From the NCBI GenBank assembly GCA_040954595.2, contig CM082586.2, positions 8,959,337-9,023,336 on the forward strand: 64,000 nt of DNA. The letters are read 5' to 3'. This DNA is from Balanoglossus misakiensis (taxonomy: Eukaryota > Animalia > Hemichordata). The position numbers and the translations under genes are program-made. Shown here one piece after another: positions 63,760 to 64,000 of this stretch. The notes below the pieces were generated by a model. The model ran no database searches, was not told the DNA's origin, and worked only from the letters and a program-made list of their open reading frames with translations. Every line of letters starts with the position of its first letter. Position 1 is the stretch's first letter.

Positions 63760-63917
63760 GAGACCGATTATTCATTTTGACGAGTGTTTTACTCTCGTGT
63801 CTACAAGTGGGATGGAAGTTGTGGGTGGTCGAACGTTGATTCACTATATATCCACAGTCTTGTATCAAACATAATTAACAGAAAAATGGCAGCAAGAGAG
63901 AGATTTTGTCCCTTTAA
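63760..63917. mobile_element. Arm of the Kolobok-like family
   Basis: Matches 2638-2812 and ends TTTGTCCCT-TTAA. Confidence 0.7.
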
Positions 63918-64000
63918 ATGTTATTCCATGTATGACCTCATCTTGGATATGAATATTATCTGTTACCAATCCTTGCAATGCAGTTTCCATAACTGCAGTT

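Overview
AT-rich, intron-containing animal DNA, probably a marine invertebrate (a hemichordate or lancelet-like deuterostome is my inference from gene and TE content). No prokaryotic features were found. The main locus is a plus-strand Roco gene of more than 36 kb (about 25.9-62.2 kb) with ankyrin-ROC GTPase-COR-death domain architecture, i.e. DAPK1-like, with no kinase exons seen. Its ankyrin region has 35 intact single-repeat, phase-0 exons plus one truncated exon. 33 of these belong to one family of ~245-bp intron+exon units. Their introns and helix 2 are almost invariant, while the putative binding-surface codons vary and are reshuffled between units. This looks like a combinatorially diversified, DARPin-like receptor. 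The array is split by a CACTA/EnSpm-like element that carries a young, full-length Gypsy LTR retrotransposon. The ROC-COR-DD half has two in-frame TGA codons and one frameshift. The window also contains a decayed C-type-lectin/mucin-stalk/TM gene (minus strand, 4.7-9.6 kb), three dead LINEs, a ~0.5-kb satellite with variable hairpin sub-repeats, and many MITE-like elements. All coordinates were read by eye, and TE family assignments are inferred from termini and motifs, not from database searches.
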